Origin: Clostridium fallax
GTDB lineage: Bacteria; Bacillota; Clostridia; Clostridiales; Clostridiaceae
Direction of reading: 5' to 3'
NCBI RefSeq assembly: GCF_900129365.1
Contig: NZ_FQVM01000005.1
Span: 100,710-132,709, forward strand
DNA length: 32,000 nucleotides
Below, one piece after another: positions 9,801 through 17,566 of this stretch. Each line of letters opens with the position of its first letter. Within the stretch, counting starts at the first letter, position 1. A program made the translations under genes and the position numbers. Under the pieces are notes generated by a model. The model ran no database searches. It was not told the origin of the DNA and saw only the letters and a list, made by a program, of their open reading frames with translations.

Positions 9801-10364
9801 TTCTAAAACTTCAACCTTTTGAATTTCGTGTGAAGTTCTAAAACCATCAAAGAAGTTTACAAATGGAACTCTTGATTTTATAGCTGTTAAGTGAGCTACA
9901 GCTGATAAATCCATAACTTCTTGAACTGAACCTTCAGCAAGCATTGCAAAACCTGTTTGTCTTGCTGCCATAACGTCTTGATGATCTCCAAATATATTTA
10001 ATGAGCTAGTAGCTAGTGATCTAGCTGATACATGGAATACTCCTGGAAGTAATTCACCTGATATTTTGTACATATTTGGTATCATTAATAATAAACCTTG
10101 TGATGCTGTGTAAGTTGTTGTTAATGCTCCACCTTGTAGTGATCCATGAACTGCACCAGCAGCACCTGCTTCTGATTGCATCTCCATAACTTGCACTTGT
10201 TGACCAAATATATTTTTTCTTCCTTGTGCAACCCACTCATCAACGTGTTCTGCCATTGGTGATGATGGTGTAATTGGATATATAGCTGCAACATCAGTAA
10301 ATGCGTATGAAATATGAGCAGCAGCAGTATTACCATCCATAGTCTTCATCTTTCTCATTGCCAT
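6843..10364 (-). CDS. nifJ: Pyruvate:ferredoxin (flavodoxin) oxidoreductase, single-chain PFOR
   Basis: 1173 aa with the N-terminus MDGNTAAAHISYAFTDVAAIYPITPSSPMAE. Two ferredoxin-type cluster motifs (CIQCNQCSFVCP, CAGCGNCVQVCP) and the TPP-binding GGDGWAYDIGYGG are present. The gene is visibly more G+C-rich and codon-biased than its neighbours, as expected for a highly expressed gene. SD AGAGGGG lies 8 nt before the ATG. Confidence 0.97.
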   Translation of the reverse strand: MAMRKMKTMDGNTAAAHISYAFTDVAAIYPITPSSPMAEHVDEWVAQGRKNIFGQQVQVMEMQSEAGAAGAVHGSLQGGALTTTYTASQGLLLMIPNMYKISGELLPGVFHVSARSLATSSLNIFGDHQDVMAARQTGFAMLAEGSVQEVMDLSAVAHLTAIKSRVPFVNFFDGFRTSHEIQKVEVLEYDELAKLVDMDAVEAFRRRALNPDHPVTRGTAQNPDIYFQEREVVNKYYEAVPAMVESYMAEITKLTGREYHCFDYYGAKDADRVVIAMGSITDALEETVDYLNAKGEKVGVVKVRLFRPFSNELLKKAIPATAKRIAVLDRTKEPGSAGEPLFLDVQNAFYGSEEQPVIVGGRYGLGSKDTLPTHLISVYNNLKESNPKNGFTIAIVDDVTNTSLPEVKEDVDTTPEGTKACKFWGLGSDGTVGANKSAIKIIGDHTDMYAQGYFAYDSKKSGGITVSHLRFGKKPIKSPYLINKADFVACHNQSYVYKYNVLEGLKKNGTFLLNTLWTPEEIEEKLPASYKKFIAENNIKFYTLNAVKIASEIGLGGRINMIMQAAFFKLANIIPIEDAAKYLKDAVVKSYGKKGQNVVDMNHAAIDKGIESIVEIKVPAAWANAKDEAKECNCDKPEFITKIVEPMNRQEGDKLPVSTFVGMEDGTFENGTAAYEKRGIAIKVPEWISENCIQCNQCSFVCPHATIRPVLYNEAEKNNAPEGTKAVPAKGIKSEEPLFFSIAVSPLDCAGCGNCVQVCPAPNKALVMKLQETQHDQIKPWDYAIDEVSPKANPMNKKTVKGSQFEKPLFEFSGACAGCGETPYAKLITQLFGDRMMIANATGCSSIWGGSAPSTPYTKNHKGYGPAWANSLFEDNAEYGLGMFLGVKAVRDRIAETAKRALESGVSEETKVALNDWLENMNNGEGTRDRADKLVAALEKENNELAKEILKDKDYLVKRSQWIFGGDGWAYDIGYGGVDHVLASGEDVNIFVFDTEVYSNTGGQASKSTPTAAIAKFAASGKRTKKKDLGMMAMSYGYVYVAQISMGADKNQTLKAIAEAEAYKGPSLIIAYAPCINHGIKAGMGKTQLEAKNAVECGYWAMYRFNPELKDAGKNPFSLDSKEPKGDFREFLMGEVRYASLAKAFPEAAEALFEKTHKDAMERLENYKKLANQ

Positions 10365-10467
10365 CGTGTTGACCCCTCTTTCATTAAATCTATTAATTTT
10401 TTTAAATAGAATATATTTAAGTATATTTCTAAAAACTTAATATGTTAGAAATATAAATTAAGCTTTT

Positions 10468-10893
10468 TTATCTTGTAAGTAGTTCTGCTAATTCTTTTGC
10501 TTTTTGCAATTGTTCCTCTGTAGGTGATTCTTTAACTGCTAAGCTTCCAATAACATCAAATCCATAATCCTTCATTCGTTCAACCCATTCTTCCATGAAT
10601 TTTCCGTCATCCCAACCATAAGATCCAAATAAAATTATTTTTTTGTTTTCCACAGGTAATAATTTAAATTGGCTTATAAAAGGTTCCATATCATGCTGTT
10701 CTATTCTATTATTATCCATAGACGGACTTCCAAAAGCAACTGCGTCAGCCTCTAGGACATCTTCAACCTTTGCATCAGTAACATGTTTTATAATAGCTTT
10801 TGCACCTAAAGACTCTATTTTTTCTCCTATAGCGCTTGCTAATACTTCAACATTACCACCATTGCTCCAATAAATTACTGATATTTTTTTCAT
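10468..10893 (-). CDS. Short-chain flavodoxin
   Basis: 141 aa with an N-terminal FMN-phosphate loop (VIYWSNGGNVE) and the GSYGWDDG loop. The overall layout resembles the clostridial short-chain flavodoxins. It lies 103 nt upstream of PFOR on the same strand. Confidence 0.88.
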   Translation of the reverse strand: MKKISVIYWSNGGNVEVLASAIGEKIESLGAKAIIKHVTDAKVEDVLEADAVAFGSPSMDNNRIEQHDMEPFISQFKLLPVENKKIILFGSYGWDDGKFMEEWVERMKDYGFDVIGSLAVKESPTEEQLQKAKELAELLTR

Positions 10894-10912
10894 ATAAAAA
10901 GCACCTCTCTAC

Positions 10913-10930
10913 TTGTTAATAATTTAACAT
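10913..10930 (-). promoter_or_regulatory. Candidate Rex (NADH/NAD+-sensing repressor) operator in the flavodoxin 5' leader
   Basis: TTGTTAATAATTTAACAT matches the clostridial Rex consensus TTGTTAA-N4-TTAACAA at 13 of 14 specified positions. It lies between the predicted -10 (10974-10979) and the SD/start of the flavodoxin gene. Confidence 0.5.
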
Positions 10931-10973
10931 AACCCTATTTTTTGCCATTGGTTTTTACAGTAACTACATATTT

Positions 10974-11001
10974 ATTATACCCCATGAATTTTTTTTTGCA
11001 A
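10974..11001 (-). promoter_or_regulatory. Sigma-A type promoter of the flavodoxin-PFOR unit
   Basis: The minus strand reads TTGCAA (10996-11001), a 16-nt spacer, then TATAAT (10974-10979). This predicts a leader of roughly 75 nt. Confidence 0.55.
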
Positions 11002-11210
11002 GTTTCATATATACGCTATTTCTCCAAATTCCTCTATTTTTTTAACATTATATATAATACATTTAAATATTTTAGCTCATTTTAGTTTTTATATATTCTT
11101 TACAAACCCTATATATCTTTACATTATTAGAATTTTCTCAAAATTGCTCCTTTTTTCTATATACTTTATTTTCTTGAAATCACCTTCTAATCCTGCTATC
11201 TAATTCTATA

Positions 11211-11273
11211 AAATAAAAAGAAAATAGCTATATAACTATATAATTAAATGATATATAGTTAACAAGCTATTTT
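11211..11273 (-). terminator. Rho-independent terminator of murG
   Basis: Hairpin at 11221-11273: a 9-bp stem (AAAATAGCT/AGCTATTTT), a 3-nt internal loop, a 10-bp stem (TAACTATATA/TATATAGTTA) and a 9-nt loop. It is followed on the minus strand by CTTTTTATTTTAT. Confidence 0.7.
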
Positions 11274-11301
11274 AACCCTTATAATTTATAAAAACCTTAT
11301 A

Positions 11302-12375
11302 CTATTTTCTTATGGAATTTAATATTACATTTATGATATTATCGACTCCATTTCTACTTTTACTATTCTCCATATTTTTTATAAACTTTTCTTTATTATC
11401 TTTTAAATATTTTATTTTAGTCATAAAATCAGCATCAGTAAGATTTTCTTCTTCTATAACAATGCTATATCCACTTTTTTCAAAGGATTTTGCATTAAGA
11501 ACTTGGTCTCCTCTTGATGCCTTTTTAGAAAGAGGAATCAAAATATTAGGCTTTTTTAGTGCTAAGATTTCAAATATAGAATTAGCCCCTGCTCTTGATA
11601 CTAAGTAATCAGCTGCGTTTATTACATCTGGTAATTCTTCTCTTAAATATTCAAATTGTCTATACCCTTTAATGTTTTTTAAGTTTTTATCTAAATTTCC
11701 TTTACCGCAAAGATGGACTATATTAAATTTTAATAGTAGTTCTTTCAAATTATTTCTTATAGTATCATTTATTATTTTTGATCCTAAGCTTCCACCCATT
11801 ACGAGAATAATATCTTTTTCCGTTTCAAAATTTAAAAATCTTCTACCATTATTTTTATTTCCTTCAAATAAACTTTCCCTAATTGGAGTACCTGTAACAA
11901 TTCCTTTATTCCCCTTTACAAGTTTCACACTTTCAGGAAAAGTTACACAAAGCTTATTACAAAAAGGTGATGCTAATTTATTTGCAAGTCCAGGAGTCAT
12001 ATCAGATTCATGAGATACCACTGGAATATTTCTCATTGATGCTGCAATAACTACTGGAACTGTTACAAAACCACCTTTTGAAAAAATTACATCTGGTTTT
12101 TCTCTTCCTAATATTAAAAAAGCATCGCAAACACCTTTCATTACTTTAAAAGGATCTGTAAAATTTTTTATATCAAAATATCTTCTAAGTTTTCCTGATG
12201 ATATTGAATAATATTCTATACCTTCTTTTTTTATTATATCCTTTTCTATTCCATCCTTACTTCCTATATACTTTATTTCAAACCCTGCCTTTTTAAGCTT
12301 AGGTACTAAAGCCAAATTTGGTGTAACATGACCAGCTGAACCTCCACCAGTCATTATTATTTTATATCTATTCAA
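11302..12375 (-). CDS. murG: Undecaprenyldiphospho-muramoylpentapeptide beta-N-acetylglucosaminyltransferase MurG
   Basis: N-terminal G-loop [18 protein letters not shown] and a GT28 two-domain layout ([20 protein letters not shown]). The track ORF starts at a TTG at 12402. The start is uncertain: the ATG at 12384 has no usable SD spacing, while the TTG at 12375 lies 7 nt after GGGGA. Confidence 0.9.
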   Translation of the reverse strand: MNRYKIIMTGGGSAGHVTPNLALVPKLKKAGFEIKYIGSKDGIEKDIIKKEGIEYYSISSGKLRRYFDIKNFTDPFKVMKGVCDAFLILGREKPDVIFSKGGFVTVPVVIAASMRNIPVVSHESDMTPGLANKLASPFCNKLCVTFPESVKLVKGNKGIVTGTPIRESLFEGNKNNGRRFLNFETEKDIILVMGGSLGSKIINDTIRNNLKELLLKFNIVHLCGKGNLDKNLKNIKGYRQFEYLREELPDVINAADYLVSRAGANSIFEILALKKPNILIPLSKKASRGDQVLNAKSFEKSGYSIVIEEENLTDADFMTKIKYLKDNKEKFIKNMENSKSRNGVDNIINVILNSIRK

Positions 12376-12612
12376 ACTAAACATCCCCTTTATAAAAATC
12401 AATAATTTTATTTATATAATTATAACTTATTTTCTATAAAAATTATCTTATATTATCAAACACATTTAATTATATTCTAAATATTATTTTTTTTGCAATG
12501 GAATTATTATTAAAGAGGATTATTTTTCTATATCGTCCATCAATTATATAAAATAAAATTTATTTAAAAGGACAATATAATATTACAAAAATAATTAAGG
12601 AGGTGCTTAAAA

Positions 12613-12792
12613 ATGGCACAAAAATTAGTACCAGAAGCTAAGAATGGATTATCAAAATTCAAAATGGAAATCGCAAAAGAAATGGGAGTTCCATTTACAG
12701 ATTATAATGGAGAATTAAGCTCAAAACAATGCGGTAGCGTTGGTGGAGAAATGGTTAAAAGAATGGTTGAGCAATACGAAAAAGGACTATAA
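12613..12792 (+). CDS. ssp: Small acid-soluble spore protein, alpha/beta type (59 aa, missed by the ORF track)
   Basis: Translation is MAQKLVPEAKNGLSKFKMEIAKEMGVPFTDYNGELSSKQCGSVGGEMVKRMVEQYEKGL. Both conserved alpha/beta-SASP blocks are present: K-x-E-I-A-x-E-x-G-V, containing the GPR cleavage-type site, and GSVGGEMVKRMV. A strong SD AAGGAGGTG ends 8 nt before the ATG. Confidence 0.93.
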   Translation: MAQKLVPEAKNGLSKFKMEIAKEMGVPFTDYNGELSSKQCGSVGGEMVKRMVEQYEKGL

Positions 12793-12924
12793 TATTTATA
12801 TTCCTTTCTATAATTAAACTAAATTTATATAATTATATTTAAGAAGATAAAATCTATATAAATATATTAATATATTTATACAATTAAGACTTCTTAAAAA
12901 GTAAAATATTATTTTAAGAGTAAA

Positions 12925-12974
12925 GGGAGCATCTTAAAATGAATTTTATCATTAAAAGATGCTCTCTTTTATTT
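12925..12974 (+). terminator. Rho-independent terminator downstream of the SASP gene
   Basis: 11-bp stem GGGAGCATCTT/AAGATGCTCTC, with one G-U pair that only forms on the plus-strand RNA, followed by TTTTATTT. It may also serve the convergent gene that ends at 13048. Confidence 0.7.
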
Positions 12975-13047
12975 AATATATTTTTTTAATAAATAAACAA
13001 ACCATAAAATTTTTAATTTATAAGGACTTTAATTTAATATGTAAAAC

Positions 13048-13800
13048 TTATTTATTTCCTATCTTGTTATCACTATTTGATAAATTATATTCACATCTAT
13101 TGCCGATACATTGCTTATTATATTTTGAATATCCACAAAATATTTTATCTGACTTTCCAATTAAAGTTATACTAAAATTTTCTTCTAAAAATTTATTAGT
13201 TTCTGTTATTGCTGTATAAACAGATCTTTTGCAGCAACGTGGGCCACCCATCTTTGCTAAATGAATTAAAATCCTACCAGTTATTTCATTACACTTAGCC
13301 CAACTATCTTCTGAAAGAGGTGTAGATTCTGTCATTATACTCATAAATATGCCTGCCCCTACTGCTGCACCACAATTTCCATAATATCCACAAGAACCAC
13401 CTGGAATTGTCATTGCTCTAGTTTTAGCAATAGCTATCTTTCCCTTTTTCTTTTCTTTTTCACCTATTCTATTAAAATAACTACACAATAAAGCTGCTGG
13501 AACTAAAAAATGATGTTCTGGTCCATGCATATTTATTTTTTTATTATTCATTAAATTTTCGCAAATATCTAATGGATTTAATTCATCACTATTTACACAG
13601 TATTCTTCTATTAAAGAATATCCATCTTTTCCATGACATTTATCACAAACAAAATGTCCATTTTTACAGGAAACATTAGTTATAAATTCTTTTTTACAAT
13701 AATAACAAACTGCAATTTCATTATTCTGCTTATAAACCAATTCCTCTCCACATACCATACAATCCATATTAGGTTTGTTTTTTAATTTTATTATTTCCAT
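13048..13800 (-). CDS. Cys-rich protein of unknown function (DUF5714-like; C_GCAxxG_C_C-like core with an N-terminal zinc-ribbon)
   Basis: 250 aa. N-terminal CxxC-x14-CxxC then C-x3-H-x2-C-x2-CH, an HGPEHHF patch, GGSCGYYGNCGAAVGAG, and GGPRCCKRS. The family name is from memory and not verified. SD GGGAGAG lies upstream, 27 nt after the recJ stop. Confidence 0.6.
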   Translation of the reverse strand: MEIIKLKNKPNMDCMVCGEELVYKQNNEIAVCYYCKKEFITNVSCKNGHFVCDKCHGKDGYSLIEEYCVNSDELNPLDICENLMNNKKINMHGPEHHFLVPAALLCSYFNRIGEKEKKKGKIAIAKTRAMTIPGGSCGYYGNCGAAVGAGIFMSIMTESTPLSEDSWAKCNEITGRILIHLAKMGGPRCCKRSVYTAITETNKFLEENFSITLIGKSDKIFCGYSKYNKQCIGNRCEYNLSNSDNKIGNK

Positions 13801-13827
13801 AATAATTCTCTCCCTTATAAATAGTAA

Positions 13828-15603
13828 CTATAACCTTAAGTTTTTAACTACAAGTTGAATATTCCTATTTCCATTAAATTCATTAATTTGAGGATAAAAT
13901 ATAAAATCCATATAGAAACTACAATAACTAGTATTTATAATTTCATTAAACCTCTCTTCTCCAAATTTTTCAATATATAAATTTTTAAAACTTTGGAATC
14001 TATCAAAGGAAATACAATCTATATAATTATTACTATCATTTATTTTACATCTAAACTTTACTATATTTTTTTCTTTTCCTAAAAGCCAAACTCTTTTAAC
14101 CTCTACACCTTTTGCTCCAAATATAGGTGATGGGTTTCCTTTACCAAAAGGTTCTAATAAATTTATAAACTTTATTAAATTTTCATCTATGTTTTTTAAT
14201 GATAAAGGTAAATCTATTCTTATCTTATACATTAAATCCTCTTCTGTTAAAGTACAATTATCTAAAAGCTTCTTTCTTAATTTTTCAATAGCATTTTTCT
14301 CTAGAGAAAGTCCTGCTGCCATAGGATGCCCACCAAACTTACTCATAAGATCTTTGCATTTTGATAGTTCATAAAACATATCATATTCTTCAATAGATCT
14401 ACCAGATCCTTTAGGCATATCCTTTCCCTTAGTTATCACTATAGAAGGCACATTATATCTTTCTCTAATTCTTCCTGCTACTATCCCTGCAATACTTTCA
14501 TGAACATAATCATTATATATTAGAAGAACCTTATCTTCTTCCATTTTATTTCTTTCTATTTGTTCAATTATTTGTTCTACACTTTCCGTAGTTAAATCCT
14601 GTCTTTTTTTATTAAGTTCATAAAGCTCTTTTGCAAGATTTTCTGCCTTATTTTCATCTTGTGTTATTAAAAGCTCAACAGATAAATCTGCTGTTTCAAG
14701 TCTACCAGTTGCATTTATACAAGGTCCTATAACAAATCCTAAATGATATGCAGATATTTTTTTATTGGCTAAATTTGTAGCTTTTATTAAAGCTTTTAAT
14801 CCTAAATTTTCAGTAGAATTAATTAACTTTAGACCTTCTTTTACAATAATTCTATTTTCATCTATCAAGTCAACTACATCACATACTGTTGCTATAGCAC
14901 AATATTCTATAAGCTTAGTCCATTTTTCTTTAGGAGTTTTTAATCTATCAAAAAGACACTTAGAAAACTTTAAGGCTACTCCAGCTCCACAAATCTTTTT
15001 AAAAGGATAACCGCAATCTTTTCTTTTAGGATTTATAATTGCATCTCCATTAGGAATAAAAAATTCCTTCTCTCCCTCTTCATTTTCTTTAAAAGGAATA
15101 TCATGATGATCTGTAATAACTACTTGAAACCCCAATTCTTTGGCATAATTTATTTCATCAAAGGCAGCAATACCATTATCACAAGTTATTATAACTTCAT
15201 ATCCCTCTTCTTTTAAAATTTTTATTCTATTACTATTCATTCCATAGCCTTCATCTTCTCTATTAGGAATATAATAGTTAAAATTAGCTCCACACTCTTT
15301 TAAAGTTTTATATAAAATTACAGTACTTATAACTCCATCACAATCATAATCACCATAGATTATAATTTTCTTTTTTAATTTTATAGCCTCTTCTATTATA
15401 GAGATACCTTTATCCATATCCTTCATCATATTTCCAGAATATAAGTCCTCTATATCTCCAAACAAAAATCTTTTAACGTCTTTTTCTTCCTCTATACCCC
15501 TATTAACAAGAAGTCTTGCAATAAAAGGTGAAATATTACATTTCTCTACTATTCTTTTTATTTTCTTTTCACTTTTCCCTATAAGTAACCATTTTTCCTT
15601 CAT
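13828..15603 (-). CDS. recJ: Single-stranded-DNA-specific 5'-3' exonuclease RecJ
   Basis: 591 aa with DHH-family motifs (GDYDCDGV, ITCDNG, VITDHHD) and the DHHA1 motif GGHPMAAG. Confidence 0.93.
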   Translation of the reverse strand: MKEKWLLIGKSEKKIKRIVEKCNISPFIARLLVNRGIEEEKDVKRFLFGDIEDLYSGNMMKDMDKGISIIEEAIKLKKKIIIYGDYDCDGVISTVILYKTLKECGANFNYYIPNREDEGYGMNSNRIKILKEEGYEVIITCDNGIAAFDEINYAKELGFQVVITDHHDIPFKENEEGEKEFFIPNGDAIINPKRKDCGYPFKKICGAGVALKFSKCLFDRLKTPKEKWTKLIEYCAIATVCDVVDLIDENRIIVKEGLKLINSTENLGLKALIKATNLANKKISAYHLGFVIGPCINATGRLETADLSVELLITQDENKAENLAKELYELNKKRQDLTTESVEQIIEQIERNKMEEDKVLLIYNDYVHESIAGIVAGRIRERYNVPSIVITKGKDMPKGSGRSIEEYDMFYELSKCKDLMSKFGGHPMAAGLSLEKNAIEKLRKKLLDNCTLTEEDLMYKIRIDLPLSLKNIDENLIKFINLLEPFGKGNPSPIFGAKGVEVKRVWLLGKEKNIVKFRCKINDSNNYIDCISFDRFQSFKNLYIEKFGEERFNEIINTSYCSFYMDFIFYPQINEFNGNRNIQLVVKNLRL

Positions 15604-15615
15604 TAGTTACCACCT

Positions 15616-16836
15616 TTACTTTAAAATTTGTATTGTATCTTCTTTTAAAATCTTATTAATTGTTTTTTCTACTAAATCTATATCTACAAAAATCTTTTCT
15701 AATAGTTCATCTTCTAGTATAGAACAATCACTATACATTATTTCATATATAGTTAATCTATTAGCTAATACTATACTCTTTTCTAAATCTAATGCTCTTT
15801 TTAATTTTAATCTTTTTTTCAGTAAATTAAAATTTTCATGGGAAATTATTTTAGAAAACTCTAGGCTCTCCCTCTTTACCCTTTTTATTAAGTGAGAGAC
15901 CTTTAAAATATTTTCTTTACTAGAACTACAATATATTATAAATTCTTTTATTCCTTTTTCATTTTTTATATAACTACCTACATCATAAGCTAAACCATTT
16001 TTGCTTCTTATCTCATCATAAAGCTTTGAGCTAACTCCTTCTCCAAACCACATATTAAATAATTTTAGAGCCTCTATTTCTTCAATATTTAAATGAGATA
16101 TATCATATACAAATATAATTTTTGAACCTTTAAATCCTAAAATTTCTTTTTCAAAAGTTCCTTTCTTGTTATCTTCGTATGTAATGTTTAGAGGTAGCTT
16201 TTTATTTACCTTTTTTGTAATCTTACCAAAGACTTCATATATTTTATCATAAACATCTTCTAAAGGAATAGAAGTTACAACAGACACTACTAAATTAGTT
16301 GATATATAAAATTCATTATAAAATCTTTTTAATTCATCTATAGTGATATTTTTTATACTTTCTTCAGTTCCTATTATTATTTCCTTAATTCTTCTTTTTG
16401 AAAAGGAATTATAAAAAACTTCATCTTCACATAATTGATCTAAATCTTCTTTCCATTCTCTACACTCTTCTAATATAACAGAAATTTCTTCTTTAAATCC
16501 TGTTTCTTTTAATGAAGGATTTAGTATTATATCTCCATAAAGTCTTAATCCCTCATAAAAATCATCATTAGTAATTGTTCCATAATAAATAACATATGGA
16601 AAATTAGTCATTGCATTATTAAATCCAAAAAGTCTATCACAATCCTTATTTATTTCATCTTCACTTTTAGTTTTTGTTCCCTTAAAAACCATATGTTCTA
16701 AGGCATGGGCAACACCTAAATTATATCCATCTTCACTATTTGCTCCAGCCTCTAATCCTATTGAAAAAGAGGTTATCTCTCCTTCTCTATATTTATATAT
16801 AAATCTAACTCCGTTATCTAAAACAAATTTTTTCAT
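15616..16836 (-). CDS. M16-family (pitrilysin/insulinase-like) zinc peptidase
   Basis: 406 aa with the inverted zinc-binding motif HxxEH (AHALEHMVFKGT) near the N-terminus and a two-lobed M16 length. Confidence 0.85.
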   Translation of the reverse strand: MKKFVLDNGVRFIYKYREGEITSFSIGLEAGANSEDGYNLGVAHALEHMVFKGTKTKSEDEINKDCDRLFGFNNAMTNFPYVIYYGTITNDDFYEGLRLYGDIILNPSLKETGFKEEISVILEECREWKEDLDQLCEDEVFYNSFSKRRIKEIIIGTEESIKNITIDELKRFYNEFYISTNLVVSVVTSIPLEDVYDKIYEVFGKITKKVNKKLPLNITYEDNKKGTFEKEILGFKGSKIIFVYDISHLNIEEIEALKLFNMWFGEGVSSKLYDEIRSKNGLAYDVGSYIKNEKGIKEFIIYCSSSKENILKVSHLIKRVKRESLEFSKIISHENFNLLKKRLKLKRALDLEKSIVLANRLTIYEIMYSDCSILEDELLEKIFVDIDLVEKTINKILKEDTIQILK

Positions 16837-16922
16837 ATTTTTCTCCTAATAAAATTATTCTTTTTATAAATTTATATAATAAAAGACTATTTAAATATAT
16901 ACCCTTTAAAATATTATAACTT

Positions 16923-16968
16923 AAAAAAGAAGTATCTCTTGATGAAACCTCAGCAAAAGACACTTCTT
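16923..16968 (-). terminator. Rho-independent terminator after the DJ-1 gene (end of the selU-parE-parC-DJ-1 unit)
   Basis: 14-bp stem at 16927-16940 / 16955-16968. Its two plus-strand mismatches become G-U pairs on the minus-strand RNA. It is followed on the minus strand by TTTTTT. Confidence 0.8.
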
Positions 16969-16997
16969 ATTATATTACAAATTAATTTATTTAGTAA

Positions 16998-17555
16998 TTA
17001 TTTTATTAAATCCTTAACTAACATACCTTCATATAAATTTTCTGCTTCTCTTTTATATCCAAAGTAATTTAAAATTTCATAAGCAAAAAGCATAGCAGTA
17101 GCTGGTCCCCTAGATGTTATTATATTTCCATCTCTGACTACTAAATCTTCTTTATATAAACAATTTCCTAGTTGTTCTTCAAATCCTGGATAAGAAGTTA
17201 TAGCCTTACCTTCTGTTAATCCTGCTTCACTTAAAACTATAGGAGCTGCACAAATAGCAGCTATAAGTTTATCTTTCTTATTATAATCTCTAATTAAATT
17301 CAATACTTTTTCACTATCTCTTAAATTAGTAGCTCCTGGAAGACCTCCTGGTAAAATTACGCCATCATAATCTTTAACAGATTCATTATCAATAGAAATG
17401 TCTGCTATTACTTTAATATCATGAGTTCCTCTAACCTCTTTTTCTTCTAATGTACACATACTACATTTTACATTAGCTCTTCTAAGAATATCTACTACAG
17501 TAAGAGCCTCAATTTCTTCAAAACCATCAGCTAACATTACTAATAATTTTTTCAT
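16998..17555 (-). CDS. DJ-1/PfpI/ThiJ-family protein
   Basis: 185 aa with the nucleophile-elbow Cys in LIAAICAAP. The family-typical N-terminus is KKLLVMLADGFEEIE. SD AGGAGGG lies upstream. Confidence 0.88.
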   Translation of the reverse strand: MKKLLVMLADGFEEIEALTVVDILRRANVKCSMCTLEEKEVRGTHDIKVIADISIDNESVKDYDGVILPGGLPGATNLRDSEKVLNLIRDYNKKDKLIAAICAAPIVLSEAGLTEGKAITSYPGFEEQLGNCLYKEDLVVRDGNIITSRGPATAMLFAYEILNYFGYKREAENLYEGMLVKDLIK

Positions 17556-17566
17556 TTCAATCCCTC

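Noticed and set aside
10424-10453. A 9-bp hairpin (TATTTCTAA/TTAGAAATA) between flavodoxin and PFOR that could be an internal terminator or attenuator.
   Set aside because: It is an AT-only stem with a 12-nt loop and no U-tract on the minus strand. That is too weak to call, so fld-PFOR co-transcription remains the simpler reading, though it is untested.
12403-12612. An attempt to read a sigma-G or sigma-F forespore promoter for ssp, and sigma-E or sigma-K promoters for ytaF (25705-26057).
   Set aside because: CATA-type -10-like strings exist, such as CAATATAATA near 12575 and CATATATACT near 25895. I could not find correctly spaced -35 partners, so no call is made.
12938-12988. A mini-ORF (MNFIIKRCSLLFNIFF) with a GGGAG 9 nt upstream.
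   Set aside because: The SD-like sequence and the ORF are simply the two arms of the ssp terminator hairpin. There is no independent support.
13021-13047. ACTTTAATTTAATATGTAAAACT resembles the XerD arm (TTATGTAAACT) of the Firmicute dif site, which would be intriguing near parC/parE.
   Set aside because: The total length is about 23 nt against 28. The arm-spacer-arm geometry does not fit, the right arm carries an extra A, and the left arm is not XerC-like. It is most likely chance A/T similarity.
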